Below are positions 1-12,420 of a DNA stretch of 64,000 nucleotides, piece after piece (the first letter of the stretch is position 1; each line of letters opens with the position of its first letter). Source of the stretch: Macrostomum lignano (taxonomy: Eukaryota). A program made the translations under genes and the position numbers. The notes below the pieces were generated by a model. It ran no database searches, had not been told where the DNA came from, and saw only the letters and a list, made by a program, of their open reading frames with translations. The stretch is from contig NIVC01000302.1 in NCBI GenBank assembly GCA_002269645.1, positions 502,303 to 566,302 of the forward strand, written 5' to 3'.

Positions 1-75
1 GAGGATTAGGCTATAAGAATAAAAAGTACTTTCGCTGTAAGCTGCTTCTCTAATCTGGGCCACGCTCCGCCCCAG

Positions 76-309
76 GCGTGGTCCAGCCGTCTGGCCAGCC
101 TGGCGCAGGCCGCGGCAGACAAGTGCATCTTCGAGCACAACTACGGAGGCGACTACGCGGGCCTGGGCGAGAATCTGTACATGGGCGGCGCGGACATCAA
201 ATCGGCGATCATGCTTTGGTACACCGAGGGCGAGAATTACAATTTCGCTACTGGCTCGTGCAGTCCCGGACGATATCCATCGTATACAACCTGTGGCCAT
301 TGGAGCCAG
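76..309 (+). CDS. CAP/SCP (CRISP/GLIPR/PI16-like) protein, internal exon A
   Basis: cccag acceptor at 75; open frame AWSSRLASLAQAAADKCIFEH...GENLY...WYTEGENYNF...CGHWSQ with the CAP motifs HN, GENL and GH(Y/W)xQ; donor CAG|gtaggc at 310, phase 0. Confidence 0.9.
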
Positions 310-450
310 GTAGGCAGCTTTGTACTCTTGTTGCTGCTAGAGACCATTTTATGCTCATTGTAAGACATCAAACTCAGATCGAAATCCAACACACTACCGG
401 TAAACGTGAGTATCTCTGTACAGCAGATTATTCTTGCCCGTCCTTCGCAG

Positions 451-536
451 GTTGTCAAAGCCAGCGTTTCGAGCGTTGGCTGCGGTCTGAAGAACTGCGG
501 TGGCTCCAGCTTGATCGTCTGCGAGTACAATTCTGG
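451..536 (+). CDS. CAP protein exon B
   Basis: ttcgcag acceptor; VVKASVSSVGCGLKNCGGSSLIVCEYNSG matches the CAP VGCG...VCxY motif; donor GG|gtgagg, phase 2. Confidence 0.9.
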
Positions 537-542
537 GTGAGG

Positions 543-645
<103 letters not shown>

Positions 646-753
646 GTGTCATGTCTGTCGAGCTTAGTCTATGGTTTTACCATCTTAATTGTAAACGCCA
701 GATCTAGCCCGTAAGTGTCCCCAACATCAGGTAAATCTGCTCCTTTGTTTCAG

Positions 754-881
754 CGAGGCTCAGCCGCCCTACACGACAGGCAAGCCGTGCTCGCAGTGCC
801 CCTACTACGCAATGTACTGCCACAGAGGTCTCTGCCTGACCAGCGCACAACGCAGCGCCCTGACAAATCCGTCAAATGCAG
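754..881 (+). CDS. CAP protein exon C (CRISP-type hinge)
   Basis: tttcag acceptor, phase 2; EAQPPYTTGKPCSQCPYYAMYCHRGLC is the canonical PY-G-PCxxC...C..GLC hinge; donor G|gtgaga, phase 1. Confidence 0.88.
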
Positions 882-3514
882 GTGAGACAAAAAACCAAAG
901 TGGCTGTTTGTTGATTTCATAGCCACAGTAATGAGAGAAAAACAATTTAACCGTCAAAGTCGTTGCTTTTATATAGAAAGCCAATATGTCGTTGTCGTTG
1001 ACTACAGATTGATTGTAGTCACCATTAGAGGGGCCAACTGGCAAATACGAACGTGTTTTAATATGGCGCGATTTCTTATAAGCACGCTGAACTGCCTACT
1101 TTTAATCAGTAGACGTTTCAGCTCATCAATGGTATTAGTTTTGCTAACTTGCTAAGACGCCAAGTAAACGCCGCGTTTCGCCCCCATACTTCCCATTTTG
1201 AGTCCCGGTGGCCGGATCGGGTGTGGGGTGGGGGTTCGGGACAAAGCCGCGGACTCGGAAGTAAAGCTCAGCGGAGCAGAAAGAAGTGTGGCGGATGAGT
1301 CAGAGCTTCTGCAGCTACTCACTCTCTTGAAGGGGGGCAGGGGCTGAAAGAGCTTTGAAAATGGAAAGCTTTGTCTTCCGGCGTTATTGAACGGAAGCGA
1401 GGAAATACATACAGAGAATGAAGAAAACTTCTTTTAAAGAAAAAATCAGATTATCTGCCCTACTAGAACCAACGGAAGGTGTTATGCCTACCGATAGCGG
1501 AAGCACTTTCATTTACCAAGGGGTGTAGCTGGGGGCATCCAAAATAAGGGTGGATTTGCAGCAGCTGTGGCGCCCCTTAATGCTGGGTGCTCCCACGATG
1601 GCGCCCCAAGATGGCGCCTCCCTCTGACTATTGCCCGCTGCATTTACCATCATAAAACGCGATATAGTAAACACAAATGATAAACGTATTTTGTTTATAA
1701 ATCACCAACAAAAATATCAACAAATATCTGAATACGCAAAACTGATCTGTCCAACCAGCATGCATTGGAGAGACCTTGAAATTCACGCTAGCAAAATTGA
1801 AAAAATAACCTAATGCCTGCATAATCGGCGATCCCAGGGGACCCTCTGATGGGGCGGAGGCTGGGACGGGAACTCAGACAGGCTTAACCGAGACGAATGC
1901 CTCCATGGAATTTCCTCGGCCAGCTTCCACCATCAACCTATACTGCTTCCTGCCTTCTCAGGTGAAAATTTCTAACACTCCTCAGGCGACCGGGTTCTGC
2001 TACCTCAGAAAGGGAAAAGCAAATGTAGAATAATGGGGAGGCGGGTGAGCGGGCAGGGTGGGGGCAATTTTTCGATCCGGAATCCCCGCCGCCAACCACC
2101 TCACCACCGTGCGGATGAATTTCCCACTTTGTCCCGCCAAGGCCCTTTTTTCTCCTTCGAGGGGGGGGGGGGGCGGGGGCTCCCAAGGTCCGAGCGGCTA
2201 TTTCCACTTCCCGCTTGTCAGTCAGCCCATCTCCTACCTCCAAGTCCCAGTAAATGAGGAAGGAGATGGATTAGGTAGAGAGAATCTGGGAGGGGACCAG
2301 AGAGCTAAAGCAGCATATAATCCATCCCACTCTCAGCAGCTTCCAAAGCTCCCCATCTCGGTATGGGGGAGGGATTGCCTAACTCAGCTGCTTCCTTCTG
2401 CACACGCTCAGGTATCCGGAATGGGGGATTCGGAGGATGGGGTGGGGCTAGCCAAAAGCCTGGCTGTGGCCGGGAGAGGAAGTGGATCGGCCCTCCCGCC
2501 ACTACGTTTCCCTCCAGCTTCCTCCCAGTCGCATTTCCTCTTCTCTTCCTCTTAGTCCAGCACCGGCAGTTTCCTCCTCCGACCTCCGGCCCCGGGCCCC
2601 AAGGATCCCAAGGCTTTTTTGTGATCTCCTAAACCCACCCCATCGCCCAGTTTCCTTCCTTCCTCTTTCCCTCATCTTCCGCCCGTATAAGTCGTATACT
2701 ATATACTTACATACATAAAGGTCCTACCCCCAACCTCTTAGGCCCCATCTCTTTCCGCTCCCTTTCGGAGGTTGGTTTGGGGGGGATGCGGAAAAAGAAT
2801 GGGGGGGGGGCTGTGAGACTCGCCATTAAGACCCAGACCCAGATTCCGTCTCCTCAGCCTCTCCAATGCCCAACTCTCCGCAGCCTCCTCCTCTCGGTGT
2901 AACCCTTCGGAGTTCTGAACTGAACCCTCCCGTCGTGCATCTATCAGCCTATCTAACCCTCCGGGCTTGTCCTATTGGATTGCGGGTAGGCTGCGTGGAT
3001 CAGGGTTTGGGGGAGGGGGTGAAAAACCTTCGCTCACTCACGCTCACACACGTCAGCCACGCCACGCGACGCGACAGGCCACCTCAGCTTTTCTCTCGTT
3101 CTCTCTCTCTCTCTTCTCTCTCGCGCGCCCCCATCCACCCACACACCCACTGGCTGGCGCTATACATTTCATTAGATAGCACGGAGAGAGAGGAGGGCGC
3201 AGGGGTGTCAGAGAGGACGGGGCAGGAATAAAAACGGTCTTTCCTTGGCTTGGGTTGTAAAGGCCAAGGTGGGGGAGGGGGCGAAGGAGAGAGGCGACGG
3301 GGGGAGAGGGGTGTGTGTGGAGGAGTGGGGTGGGTGACTTTTTAGAAGCCCCCCGCCCCGCACGCATTGAAGGCAAGCGTCGCGTGGGGAGGTTGGGGTT
3401 GTTTGCAGCGGAGGTAGGGTTGGCTGGGGGTCTAGCAGAGAGAAAGGACAAGAGCATAGCGGAGGCTAAAAAGGAAAGGAAAGGGAGAGAGGAGGGGTAA
3501 ACGCGGACGCGTAC

Positions 3515-3820
3515 AGCAGGAAGCGTATGGCTCATGTGCTCCGGCGCTTCCTGCCTCAACTGCCCTAGCCAAAGCTCTCTTTCTTGCCTCCCTCACCCAG
3601 ACCAACCCTCCCCTCAGTTCGGGCCTGACTTCCTGCTTGCCTTGATTATGGGTGGGGTGTCCTCGCTAGAGCGGAAATGAATCCTACCGACTTCCGCTGT
3701 TTAATAAGGCTCGGCGGATTCGCTTGCTTCCGCTCCGAGCCGAGCTGCAGGAAATCGAAGCCCGACTGGATTGGCCTGTCCGCTCCAACTTCCTGCTCCT
3801 TAAAACCCTGCCACTTCCTG
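3515..3820. promoter_or_regulatory. Cluster of ETS-type GGAA motifs upstream of the ETS gene
   Basis: ACTTCCTG at 3628, 3788 and 3813; ACTTCCGC at 3690; GCGGAAAT at 3671; GCTTCCGC at 3726; CAGGAAAT at 3748; CAGGAAGC at 3517. Confidence 0.5.
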
Positions 3821-4016
3821 TTCCATTTTCGGGTCTTCATTTAACCGTAGTCCGTAGCCCTGTTTACCAGAGCTGAGCTGACGCCAGGACCCGCAGAGCA
3901 GAGCAGAAGTGAGCCCGCTGGAGGAAGGGAGAGTCCCCTATAGTGAGCAGGCAGGACTTTGAACAGCGAAACTTTTTAAGTCCGTTCTATCGCAAGCCGA
4001 AGCTAAAAACCAACTC

Positions 4017-4238
4017 ATGGAGACTGAATCGGCTGCTGCGGCTAGCGAAGATCTTCGCCGTCACCGCCACAACAATCACAGTCGGCACAGCAGCGACGGC
4101 GAAGACAACAATAATTTTAACAATAATAACAATAACCATAATAATAACAGTCATCCGGCAGAGCAGGCTTTGTCCTCAGATGAGGACGGCGACTTCGGTT
4201 CCGCCGACGAGATTGGGAGCGAGGAGGCCAGCGCATGG
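4017..4238 (+). CDS. elk: ETS factor exon 1 (74 aa, Asn/His/acidic low-complexity N-terminus)
   Basis: ATG at 4017; open frame to TGG|gtgagt, a consensus phase-0 donor that joins in frame to the acceptor at 7467. Confidence 0.75.
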
Positions 4239-4439
4239 GTGAGTTACTGGCCAATTGCCTGTCCTGTATAGTTAATATTTTAACATGATATTGAATTTTT
4301 CCGTTTAATTTTCACTAATAAATCGACACGACACTAACAGGTCGAATCGCTTGGTCCCTTTGATTTTTTTGGGTCTCCGCCTAGGTTTTTAAAGCACCAG
4401 ATTGCCTTTTGAGGCCGCTAGGTTTCTTTTAAGAAGCGC

Positions 4440-5340
4440 CATGTTGAATTTTTGAGGCGTCAGGTTGCTTTTAGAGGTTTCAGGTTGCTTTTAGAGGCGC
4501 TTAGATTGCTTTTAGAGGTTTCAGAATGCTTTTAGAGGCGCTTAGATTGCTTTTAGAGGTTTCAGGTTGCTTTTAGAGGCGCTTAGATTGCTTTTAGAGG
4601 TTTCAGGTTGCTTTTAGAGGCGCTTAGATTGCTTTTAGAGGTTTCAGGTTGCTTTTAGAGGCGCTTAGATTGCTTTTAGAGGTTTCAGGTTGCTTTTAGA
4701 GGCGCTTAGATTGCTTTCAGAGGCGCTTAGATTGCTTTCAGAGGCGCTTAGATTGCTTTTAGAGGCGCTTAGATTGCTTTTAGAGGCGCTTAGATTGCTT
4801 TTAGAGGCGCTTAGATTGCTTTTAGAGGTTTCTGATTGCTTTTAGAGGCGCTTAGATTGCTTTTAGAGGTTTCAGGTTGCTTTTAGAGGCGCTTAGATTG
4901 CTTTCAGAGGCGCTTAGATTACTTTTAGAGGCGCTTAGATTGCTTTCAGAGGCGCTTAGATTACTTTTAGAGGCGCTTAGATTGCTTTCAGAGGCGCTTA
5001 GATTACTTTTAGAGGCGCTTAGATTGCTTTCAGAGGCGCTTAGATTACTTTTAGAGGCGCTTAGATTGCTTTCAGAGGCGCTTAGATTACTTTTAGAGGC
5101 GCTTAGATTGCTTTTAGAGGTTTCAGGTTGCTTTTAGAGGCGCTTAGATTGCTTTCAGAGGCGCTTAGATTACTTTTAGAGGCGCTTAGATTGCTTTTAG
5201 AGGCGCTTAGATTGCTTTTAGAGGCGCTTAGATTGCTTTTAGAGGCGCTTAGATTGCTTTTAGAGGCGCTTTGATTGCTTTTTTAGGCACCAGGTTGCTT
5301 TAAGAGGTGCTTAGATTGCTTTTAGAGGTGCTTTAATAGC
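4440..5340. repeat. 21-bp minisatellite (GAGGCGCTTAGATTGCTTTTA)n
   Basis: About 40 tandem units with variant types; lies in the ETS intron. Confidence 0.95.
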
Positions 5341-5949
5341 TTTTTAATTGCTTTTTGAGGCGTCAGATTGCCCTCTTAGGTGCCAGATTTCTGTCCTAGG
5401 CGCCAGGTTTCTATCCGAGGCGCCACATTGCTTTTTCAGACGCCACATCGCTTCTTTAGGTGTCAAACTGCTTTTTGAGGTTTCTTGCTGAGACACCAGA
5501 CCGGTTTCTAGGGGTGCTAATATATATGGAGCAATTAGTGTGCACAAGTGTTTACGAGTTCAAATATTCCATAGTCAATTTTCGAACGAAGCTGAGCTGG
5601 TTGGTGTCATAAATTATCATAAAAAGCTCCAACATAGCATAACCCAAAGCACTCAAAATCGTCTTTACCACGGGCATAACCTTAAAAAATTCCTAATAAG
5701 GACTTGAAATCAAGAAACCCCGGCTGCGCAGTTCTGCTTGCCAGTACCAAGGCATAAACTTAAGGTGATCCTTTTTACTAAACCTAAATTTAGTGTGTGT
5801 GGATAGCAGTTATAAAAATTAGCATCGAATATATTAAAATTGCCACCAATCGTGTGTCGCGCAGGGTTGAACAGCTGTTAGTGAGGAAGTTGGTTTGGTT
5901 AATGGTTGGCATGATTTTCATCGAAGCAACTCTTATTTTACATTGCATG

Positions 5950-6135
5950 TGAAAATGGCACCTCTTAGATTCAAAGTGCCACAAAACTCAATGAAAATGG
6001 CACCTCTCAGATTCAAAGTGGCACAAACTCAATGAAAATGGCACCTCTCAGATTCAAAGTGGCACAAACTCAATGAAAATGGCACCTCTCAGATTCAAAG
6101 TGGCACAAACTCATAATTAAAATGGCACCTCTCTC
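5950..6135. repeat. 41-bp tandem repeat, about 4.5 copies
   Basis: GAAAATGG recurs at 5951, 5993, 6034 and 6075. Confidence 0.9.
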
Positions 6136-6644
6136 TGGCGCCGCTGCCAATGCTGCATCTTAAAGAACTTATCTTTTTGAATTTTCTTTTTTGAGACAAT
6201 CATTTCTATTCTTATGCATTACTATTACTATCACTATCACTATAATTACTATTACTATTACTATTACGAAACTATACTATAGTAAGTAAACAATCTGCAG
6301 TTATTGCCAGCCATGGACGCCTAGAATATAATGATCTGGAACATTTTGAAGTTTTGAAGTTTACAGAGAAAGCTTCTAGTCCAGATCACTACCATCAGGC
6401 GTCCATGGTTAGTTCGTTCGCCATGGATAACATAGATTGTTATCGAACAGCATTCCTGTGGTTTTTGTGCCTTGGAATCTGTTGTGTCATGTCGTGAATT
6501 CTTGATGCTATTTATAGAAGCACATAGTTGTAGTATTTAAGTCTGTTTGATGACTATATAAGTATTAGGCTTGTCAGATCAGATCACGCACAAGAAAAAC
6601 AAAGATTGTTCATAGGCTGTCATTTAGGGCGCCAAAATAAACAT

Positions 6645-7330
6645 GAGGTCGCCAAAATGATCACGAGGTAACCAAAACGATCACGAGGTCACTAAAATGA
6701 TAATGAAGTCACCAAAATGATCACGAGGTAACCAAAAAATCACGAGGTCACTAAAATGATCACGAGTTTACCAAAATGATCATCAGGTCACCAAAATAAT
6801 CATGAGGTCGCTAGAATGATTTCGAGGTCACCAAACTGAGCATGAGGTCGCCAAAATGATCACGAGGTAACCAAAATGATCACAAGGTCACTAAAATGAT
6901 AATGAGGTCACCAAAATGACCATGAGGTCAGCAAACTGATCATGAGGTCACCAAAATGACCGTGAGGTCAGAAAACTGATCATGAGGTCACCAAAATGAC
7001 CATGAGGTAACCAAAATGATCATAGGTCACTAAAATGACCATGAGGTAACCAAAATGATCATAGGTCACCAAAATGATCATGACGTCACCAAAATGATCA
7101 TGACGTCACCAAAATGATCATGAGGTCGTTAAAGTGATAATGAGGTCACCAAAATGATCATGAGGTCACCAAAATGACCATGAGGTCACCAAAATGATCA
7201 TGAGGTTATTAAAATGATCATGAGGTCACCAAAATGATCATGCGGTCACCAAACGATCATGAGGTCATCAAAGTGATAATGAGGTCACCGAAATGATCAT
7301 GACGTCGCTAGAATTATCACGAGGTAACCA
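6645..7330. repeat. 20-bp minisatellite (TGAGGTCACCAAAATGATCA)n
   Basis: Period 20 is clear at 7141-7200; about 34 degenerate units. Confidence 0.92.
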
Positions 7331-7467
7331 AAATTAACGCGAGAGAGTCTAACCTTAATAATAATTTCCCAGAGCTAATTACAATGGCTATATAATATAC
7401 ATACAAAAGTATAAATTATACTCGAATTCCTAATGATTATGATAATTTAAATGAATTCTATTCGCAG

Positions 7468-9147
7468 CTCGCCCGCGCCAGCCGCAGCCTATGCGAAGAT
7501 TCCCAAGCCGCTGCTGCAGGCATGGACCTCAGTGGCGCGATCGGCGTCGGAGGCGCCGGCAGTGTCACCAGCACTGGCGGCGGCGTCGGTGGCGTCGGGA
7601 TCGGCGTCGGCGCCGACGGTTCTTCGCCGCCGTTGCAAGGCGAGGTGAACGTCACGCTGTGGCAGTTCCTGCTGGAGCTGCTGATGAGCCGGCAGTACTC
7701 GCACGTGATCCAGTGGACCAACCGGGAGGGCGAGTTCCAGCTGCTGAGAGCCGAGGAGGTGGCCCGGCTGTGGGGCATGCGGAAGAACAAGAACCACCGG
7801 ATGAACTACGACAAGCTGTCCCGGGCGCTGAGGTACTATTACCAGAAGAACATCATCAAGAAGGTCCAGGGGCAGAAGTTTGTGTACAGATTTGTCGGTT
7901 TAAGCGACAGCGTACTGAGGGCGCCGAGGTCACTTGGCACCGCGGCGGCCGCGGCGGCAGCGGCGTCGAGCATCGCGACACCGTCTGACGGAGTCAGCCC
8001 GAAGCTCGAAGCGGTGGACGACGATTTGCCGGCCTCTCCGCAGCTCGAAGAGCCGCAGGCGGCGATTCCCGTCCCGTTGTTGCAGAAGCAGCCGCAGCCG
8101 CCTCAACAGCTTCAGCATCAGCCGACCGAGTCGCTGACTCCGCCCCCACAGCCAGCGGTGCTGAACCACCAGCCCAGGAGGCTGTGGCAGCATCATCATA
8201 TCCAGCAGCATCAGCAGCAGCAGCACCAAGGCCTCGATCTCAGTCTGCCGCACGCGGCTGCAGCAGCCGCAGCCTTGCTAGCGTCGTCAGCAGCGTCAAC
8301 ACCGCCGCAGCCGCAGCCTTTGGCGCTGTCTAAGCGGCTCCGTTCGCCCGAATCCGCCGCCGCCGCCGCCGCTGCCTCCGCCAGATCGCCGGAGTCTCCG
8401 CCGGCCAAGCGGCCCTGCTGCGCTTGCCGCTGCCACGAGTCGCCGGTGGACTCGGCAGCGTCCGGAGCGAATTCTACTGCCGGCTCGACTCCTCGCATCA
8501 AAACCGAGCCGACAGTCGGAGCAGCGACAGCGGCGTCGGCTGCCGACTCGCCAGATAGCGGCAGCAGCGGCGGCGGCGGCTTGCCCAGCAGCTACATCCA
8601 ATGGCTGACTCTCGAGCTCGCTGGCGGAGCGGCTGCAGCCGCAGGAGGAAGCGGCAGCGGCGGAGGCAGCGGCGGCGGCCCCCCGGCTTTCCTGCACTCC
8701 AGCCGGCACGCGGCCAACATGAAGAAGCTGGCAGAGCACATCCGCCTGCAGAAGCTGTTCAAGAGGCCGTCGCTGACACCGACGCAGCCGCACCAGCCGC
8801 CGCCGACGCATCAGTCCGCGGATCCTGTCGCTGCCGCGGCTGCCTCGCCGTCAGCGTCAAGCCACGGCCTGAGCCATCAGCAGCCGGCTCCGCCGCACGC
8901 CGCAGCCGCTGGCCTCACCGCCGCCTCGTCGTCGTATGCAAGCAACGGGTCGCCGTTCTCCCCGCCCGGCTGCGTGTGGATGCCGGTGCCCGTGGCCATG
9001 CTGTCCCAGCTCTGGGCCGGCCAGGAAGCCGCCGCCGCCGTGGCCGCCGCCTCCGCAGCCGCCGCCGCTGCAGCCGCGGCCGCGGCCGCTCCCTCTTCAA
9101 CCTCCGGTGGCGTCCCCGGCGGCGAGTCCGAAGGTCAAGGCGAATAA
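7468..9147 (+). CDS. elk: ETS-domain transcription factor of the ELK/TCF (LIN-1-like) subfamily, exon 2
   Basis: ttcgcag acceptor with 18 open codons before Met 7522; ETS domain [11 protein letters not shown]...[45 protein letters not shown] closely follows ELK1/3/4; the joined protein is 633 aa. Confidence 0.92.
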   Translation, partial: LARASRSLCEDSQAAAAGMDLSGAIGVGGAGSVTSTGGGVGGVGIGVGADGSSPPLQGEVNVTLWQFLLELLMSRQYSHVIQWTNREGEFQLLRAEEVARLWGMRKNKNHRMNYDKLSRALRYYYQKNIIKKVQGQKFVYRFVGLSDSVLRAPRSLGTAAAAAAAASSIATPSDGVSPKLEAVDDDLPASPQLEEPQAAIPVPLLQKQPQPPQQLQHQPTESLTPPPQPAVLNHQPRRLWQHHHIQQHQQQQHQGLDLSLPHAAAAAAALLASSAASTPPQPQPLALSKRLRSPESAAAAAAASARSPESPPAKRPCCACRCHESPVDSAASGANSTAGSTPRIKTEPTVGAATAASAADSPDSGSSGGGGLPSSYIQWLTLELAGGAAAAAGGSGSGGGSGGGPPAFLHSSRHAANMKKLAEHIRLQKLFKRPSLTPTQPHQPPPTHQSADPVAAAAASPSASSHGLSHQQPAPPHAAAAGLTAASSSYASNGSPFSPPGCVWMPVPVAMLSQLWAGQEAAAAVAAASAAAAAAAAAAAAPSSTSGGVPGGESEGQGE

Positions 9148-10519
9148 ACGGCGGGACTCCGCCAGTGAAGCGCTATAGCTTATGGGTTGTCGACATCGTA
9201 GTGAGCAGCACTCTTTACATACCAATATTCCTACATACTCGCATATTAAACTATCAATATTATAGTAAATCTTTGTTTAAACTGTACAGCTAGTACTGAA
9301 TGCACGTCAAAACACTCCCAAGTGTACTTTTGTTTGTACTTTAATTTTTAGACAATATCTCGCCTCGGCCCGCTTTATAAATGCCATCCTTTGCTGCTAC
9401 CCGATTTTCTTTTTGTCTCTCTTTCCTGTTTTCCTTTTCTTGTTGCAAACCTCTCTTCTGCGCGTTTTTTCCTACTCCGCTCTGTCACCTGGGAGGGACA
9501 ATGCGAGCAATTATCAGTTCAAAGCGAAACTCGCAGCAGAAGAATGGACGTTGCGCCTACTGTTAGTAGCATTGGATTTTCGGTCAGTTTTTTTTTATGA
9601 TTCCTTTTCTTTTTAATATATTTTTGTCCTTAACTCCGCCCTCCACCCTCTTTCTTCGCTTGGGTCCCCACGTCCTGCCAACCGATGCATTCCCAGTAGT
9701 GCAGATCCCCCCTGTACATAGCAGCACGATCCCCTCCCTCGGAAGATCGCAGTTGTTGTACGCCATCAAAATCCGACTGGCTAAATAAATTATTAGTTGG
9801 GCACCAATGCTGCATGAGAAGGGGCAGACTAAGCTTCTCTTCTTGTTTTCAAATCGTCTGCAATGACCTTTCTTTGTGAAATTATTTCTATTTACAAAGA
9901 AATTGCTTGTTCAGGGAAGCGCGCGCTGTTTTTTGGGGGGCGCGGTTGATGGGGCCAGTACCAGTGGCGCCAGTATCAATGGGCACCAGTGCCAGTGGCG
10001 CCACAACTGCTGTGAACGGGGCGCCACAATTGCTGTGAATGGGGCGCCACAATTGCTGTGAATAGGACATTGTGTGATGCTAGGAAATGAACTGTCAGAG
10101 TGCAACAAATCTTGACCACCACTTCGTATAGCCCCTGTCTGGCTGGCAGAAAAAGATTGAAAGAATAAAAATATAAATATTTTTTCATTAAACTGAAATT
10201 TAAATTGTGTCCGTGGAATTGACAGTTCCAAGGGGACAGCTGTAGCTATATTAATATCCGGCCAGCAGGGAAGTGACTGCAGCTTACTTTACAGCTGCCT
10301 CGGACAGGAAGTTCAATTTCCGGTTTGGAAAGACTGGCGCCACCGTTTTGGCATCCTTGCTTCCGGCCTCGATTCAGTAGCAAAACTTTTGCCAATCTCT
10401 CTTTGCAGGAAATTTCTATGTATACCTTACTAGTTCCTCCGGATAAAGTTGTCATTTTTGTATCTTTTCAAGACTGTAATTTATGCATGACAAAGCGCAT
10501 CTGTTGACATGTTTGAGAA

Positions 10520-11190
10520 TGAATAACTGCCATTTTGGGTTTGAAGTGGACTGCCATTTTGTGTTTGAATTGGATTGCCATTTTGGGTTTGAATTGGATT
10601 GCCATTTTGGTTTTGAATTGGACTGTCATTTTGTGTTTGAATTGGACTGCCATTTTGTGTTTGAAGTGGACTGCCATTTTGTGTTTGAATTGGATTGCCA
10701 TTTTGGGTTTGAATTGGATTGCCATTTTGGTTTTGAATTGGACTGTCATTTTGTGTTTGAAGTGGACTGCCATTTTGTGTTTGAATTGGATTGCCATTTT
10801 GTGTTTGAATTGGATTGCCATTTTGTGTTTGAATTGGACTGTCATTTTGTGTTTGAATTGGATTGTCATTTTGTGTTTGAATTGGATTGCCATTTTGTGT
10901 TTGAATTAGATTGCCATTTTGGGTTTGAATTGGATTGCCATTTTGGGTTTGAATTGGACTGTCATTTTGTGTTTGAATTGGACTGCCATTTTGTGTTTGA
11001 ATTGGATTGTCATTTTGTGTTTGAATTGGATTGCCATTTTGTGTTTGAATTAGATTGCCATTTTGGGTTTGAATTGGATTGCCATTTTGGGTTTGAATTG
11101 GACTGTCATTTTGTGTTTGAATTGGACTGCCATTTTGTGTTTGAATGGGACTGTCATTTTTTTATGTGGACTGCCATTTTGTGTTTGAAT
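10520..11190. repeat. 24-bp minisatellite (GCCATTTTGTGTTTGAATTGGATT)n
   Basis: About 28 units; explains the DCHFVFEL repeat ORFs. Confidence 0.95.
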
Positions 11191-11666
11191 GCGGCTAACC
11201 TTTCTGCTTTGTTACATGTACCTCACACACGAGTCTGGAGAGCGGGGTGGATGCAGTTTGGATCAGTCTCAGGGGTCACGACAGACTTAGACAGAGCAAA
11301 ACAGCGGTTGAAAGTGAATATGCTTGACTAATGTGTTTCTTTAGCAAATGATTTGGAAAGCTTTGAGCTGGCGTGCAAGCGGGAATCGCACATACACTGT
11401 ATAGGGGCGGGGGGGGGCACCAGGGCATGTTTCAGCCGGCAGGTGCGGGCAAATGCATGGCGCCGTTCCCCATCATTATTCCCCAGCTCCTCATCAATTC
11501 CACACGTGACCCCAGCTGCAGTCACCTCAGAGCCCGCGCTGTTTCAAAGAAGCCTTTAATAAAATAGTGCAGCTCAGATAATAAGCCCGCGCATCCGATG
11601 CTTCACTAATTACACGGCATTAGCATGAGCTTTTAATCACACGGTTTTATCCCTGCTAATCGACAG

Positions 11667-11744
11667 CCTGCAGACCCGATTGCAACGACTGTCAGCACGT
11701 GACCTACTTGGAGAATGTCATGTGCCAGTGCACCAACAACGCCT
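11667..11744 (+). CDS. Cys-rich exon D, probable continuation of the CAP gene
   Basis: gacag acceptor; phase 1 entry gives (A)CRPDCNDCQHVTYLENVMCQCTNNA; donor T|gtaagt, phase 1. Confidence 0.7.
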
Positions 11745-12420
11745 GTAAGTGTGCTCCATATTGGTGACTTTTTAGTTAGTCCTACTTTTAAAGACACTAC
11801 CAATCAAATTCAACCAGTATTTCTAATTTTGTCTATGGTCAAAAGGAATGGTCAGATTCAGACAAGTCATGAGGCTCCTGTTGTATAAATGAAGTTGGGG
11901 AGTCAGCCGGACCCATTCAATCGATAGGATTGGTGTTCCATCCATGGATGTCCTCACGGTTGCCATGCGAGTGAAGTCCAGTTTGCTCCCGCACTGCGCT
12001 TCAGGCCCCGAGCGTGAAGATATCTGATTTTGTACACATGTTGTCTGACAGTTTAGTCACAGTTGCTATGGTTTCACTTGTTCGCTGTGAGCATGTCGCA
12101 AATCAAACAATTCTCGGTCTAATGCCAATGGTTCTGAGTTTGAAGTCTGAATTACAGTACACGGTTTTGGCCACAGACGATCGATGAAGCATTGGTTGAA
12201 TATGGTACATTGCTGTGTGTGGAACCCCTTGACACACAGAGAGTATCGAACTAAGGCCCACGGCATTCGACAGCCAGTCTTTGTACCAAGCCCCCATGAA
12301 ACTTTTACTACAAGCTATACTCGTACAAAGTACTTCCTCTTGCTCCGCCAATATTCAATCCCTATATAAGTTCAACTATAAACCGTCACTGTAATTGAAA
12401 CTTCCTACCACTTGGTACAG

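Noticed and set aside
7458-9293. Numerous overlapping and antisense ORFs over the ETS gene
   Set aside because: Expected shadow ORFs of GC-rich, GCN-repeat coding sequence; no motifs.
10468-11331. DCHFVFEL / MAIQFKHK repeat proteins
   Set aside because: A 24-bp intronic minisatellite that is open on both strands by chance.
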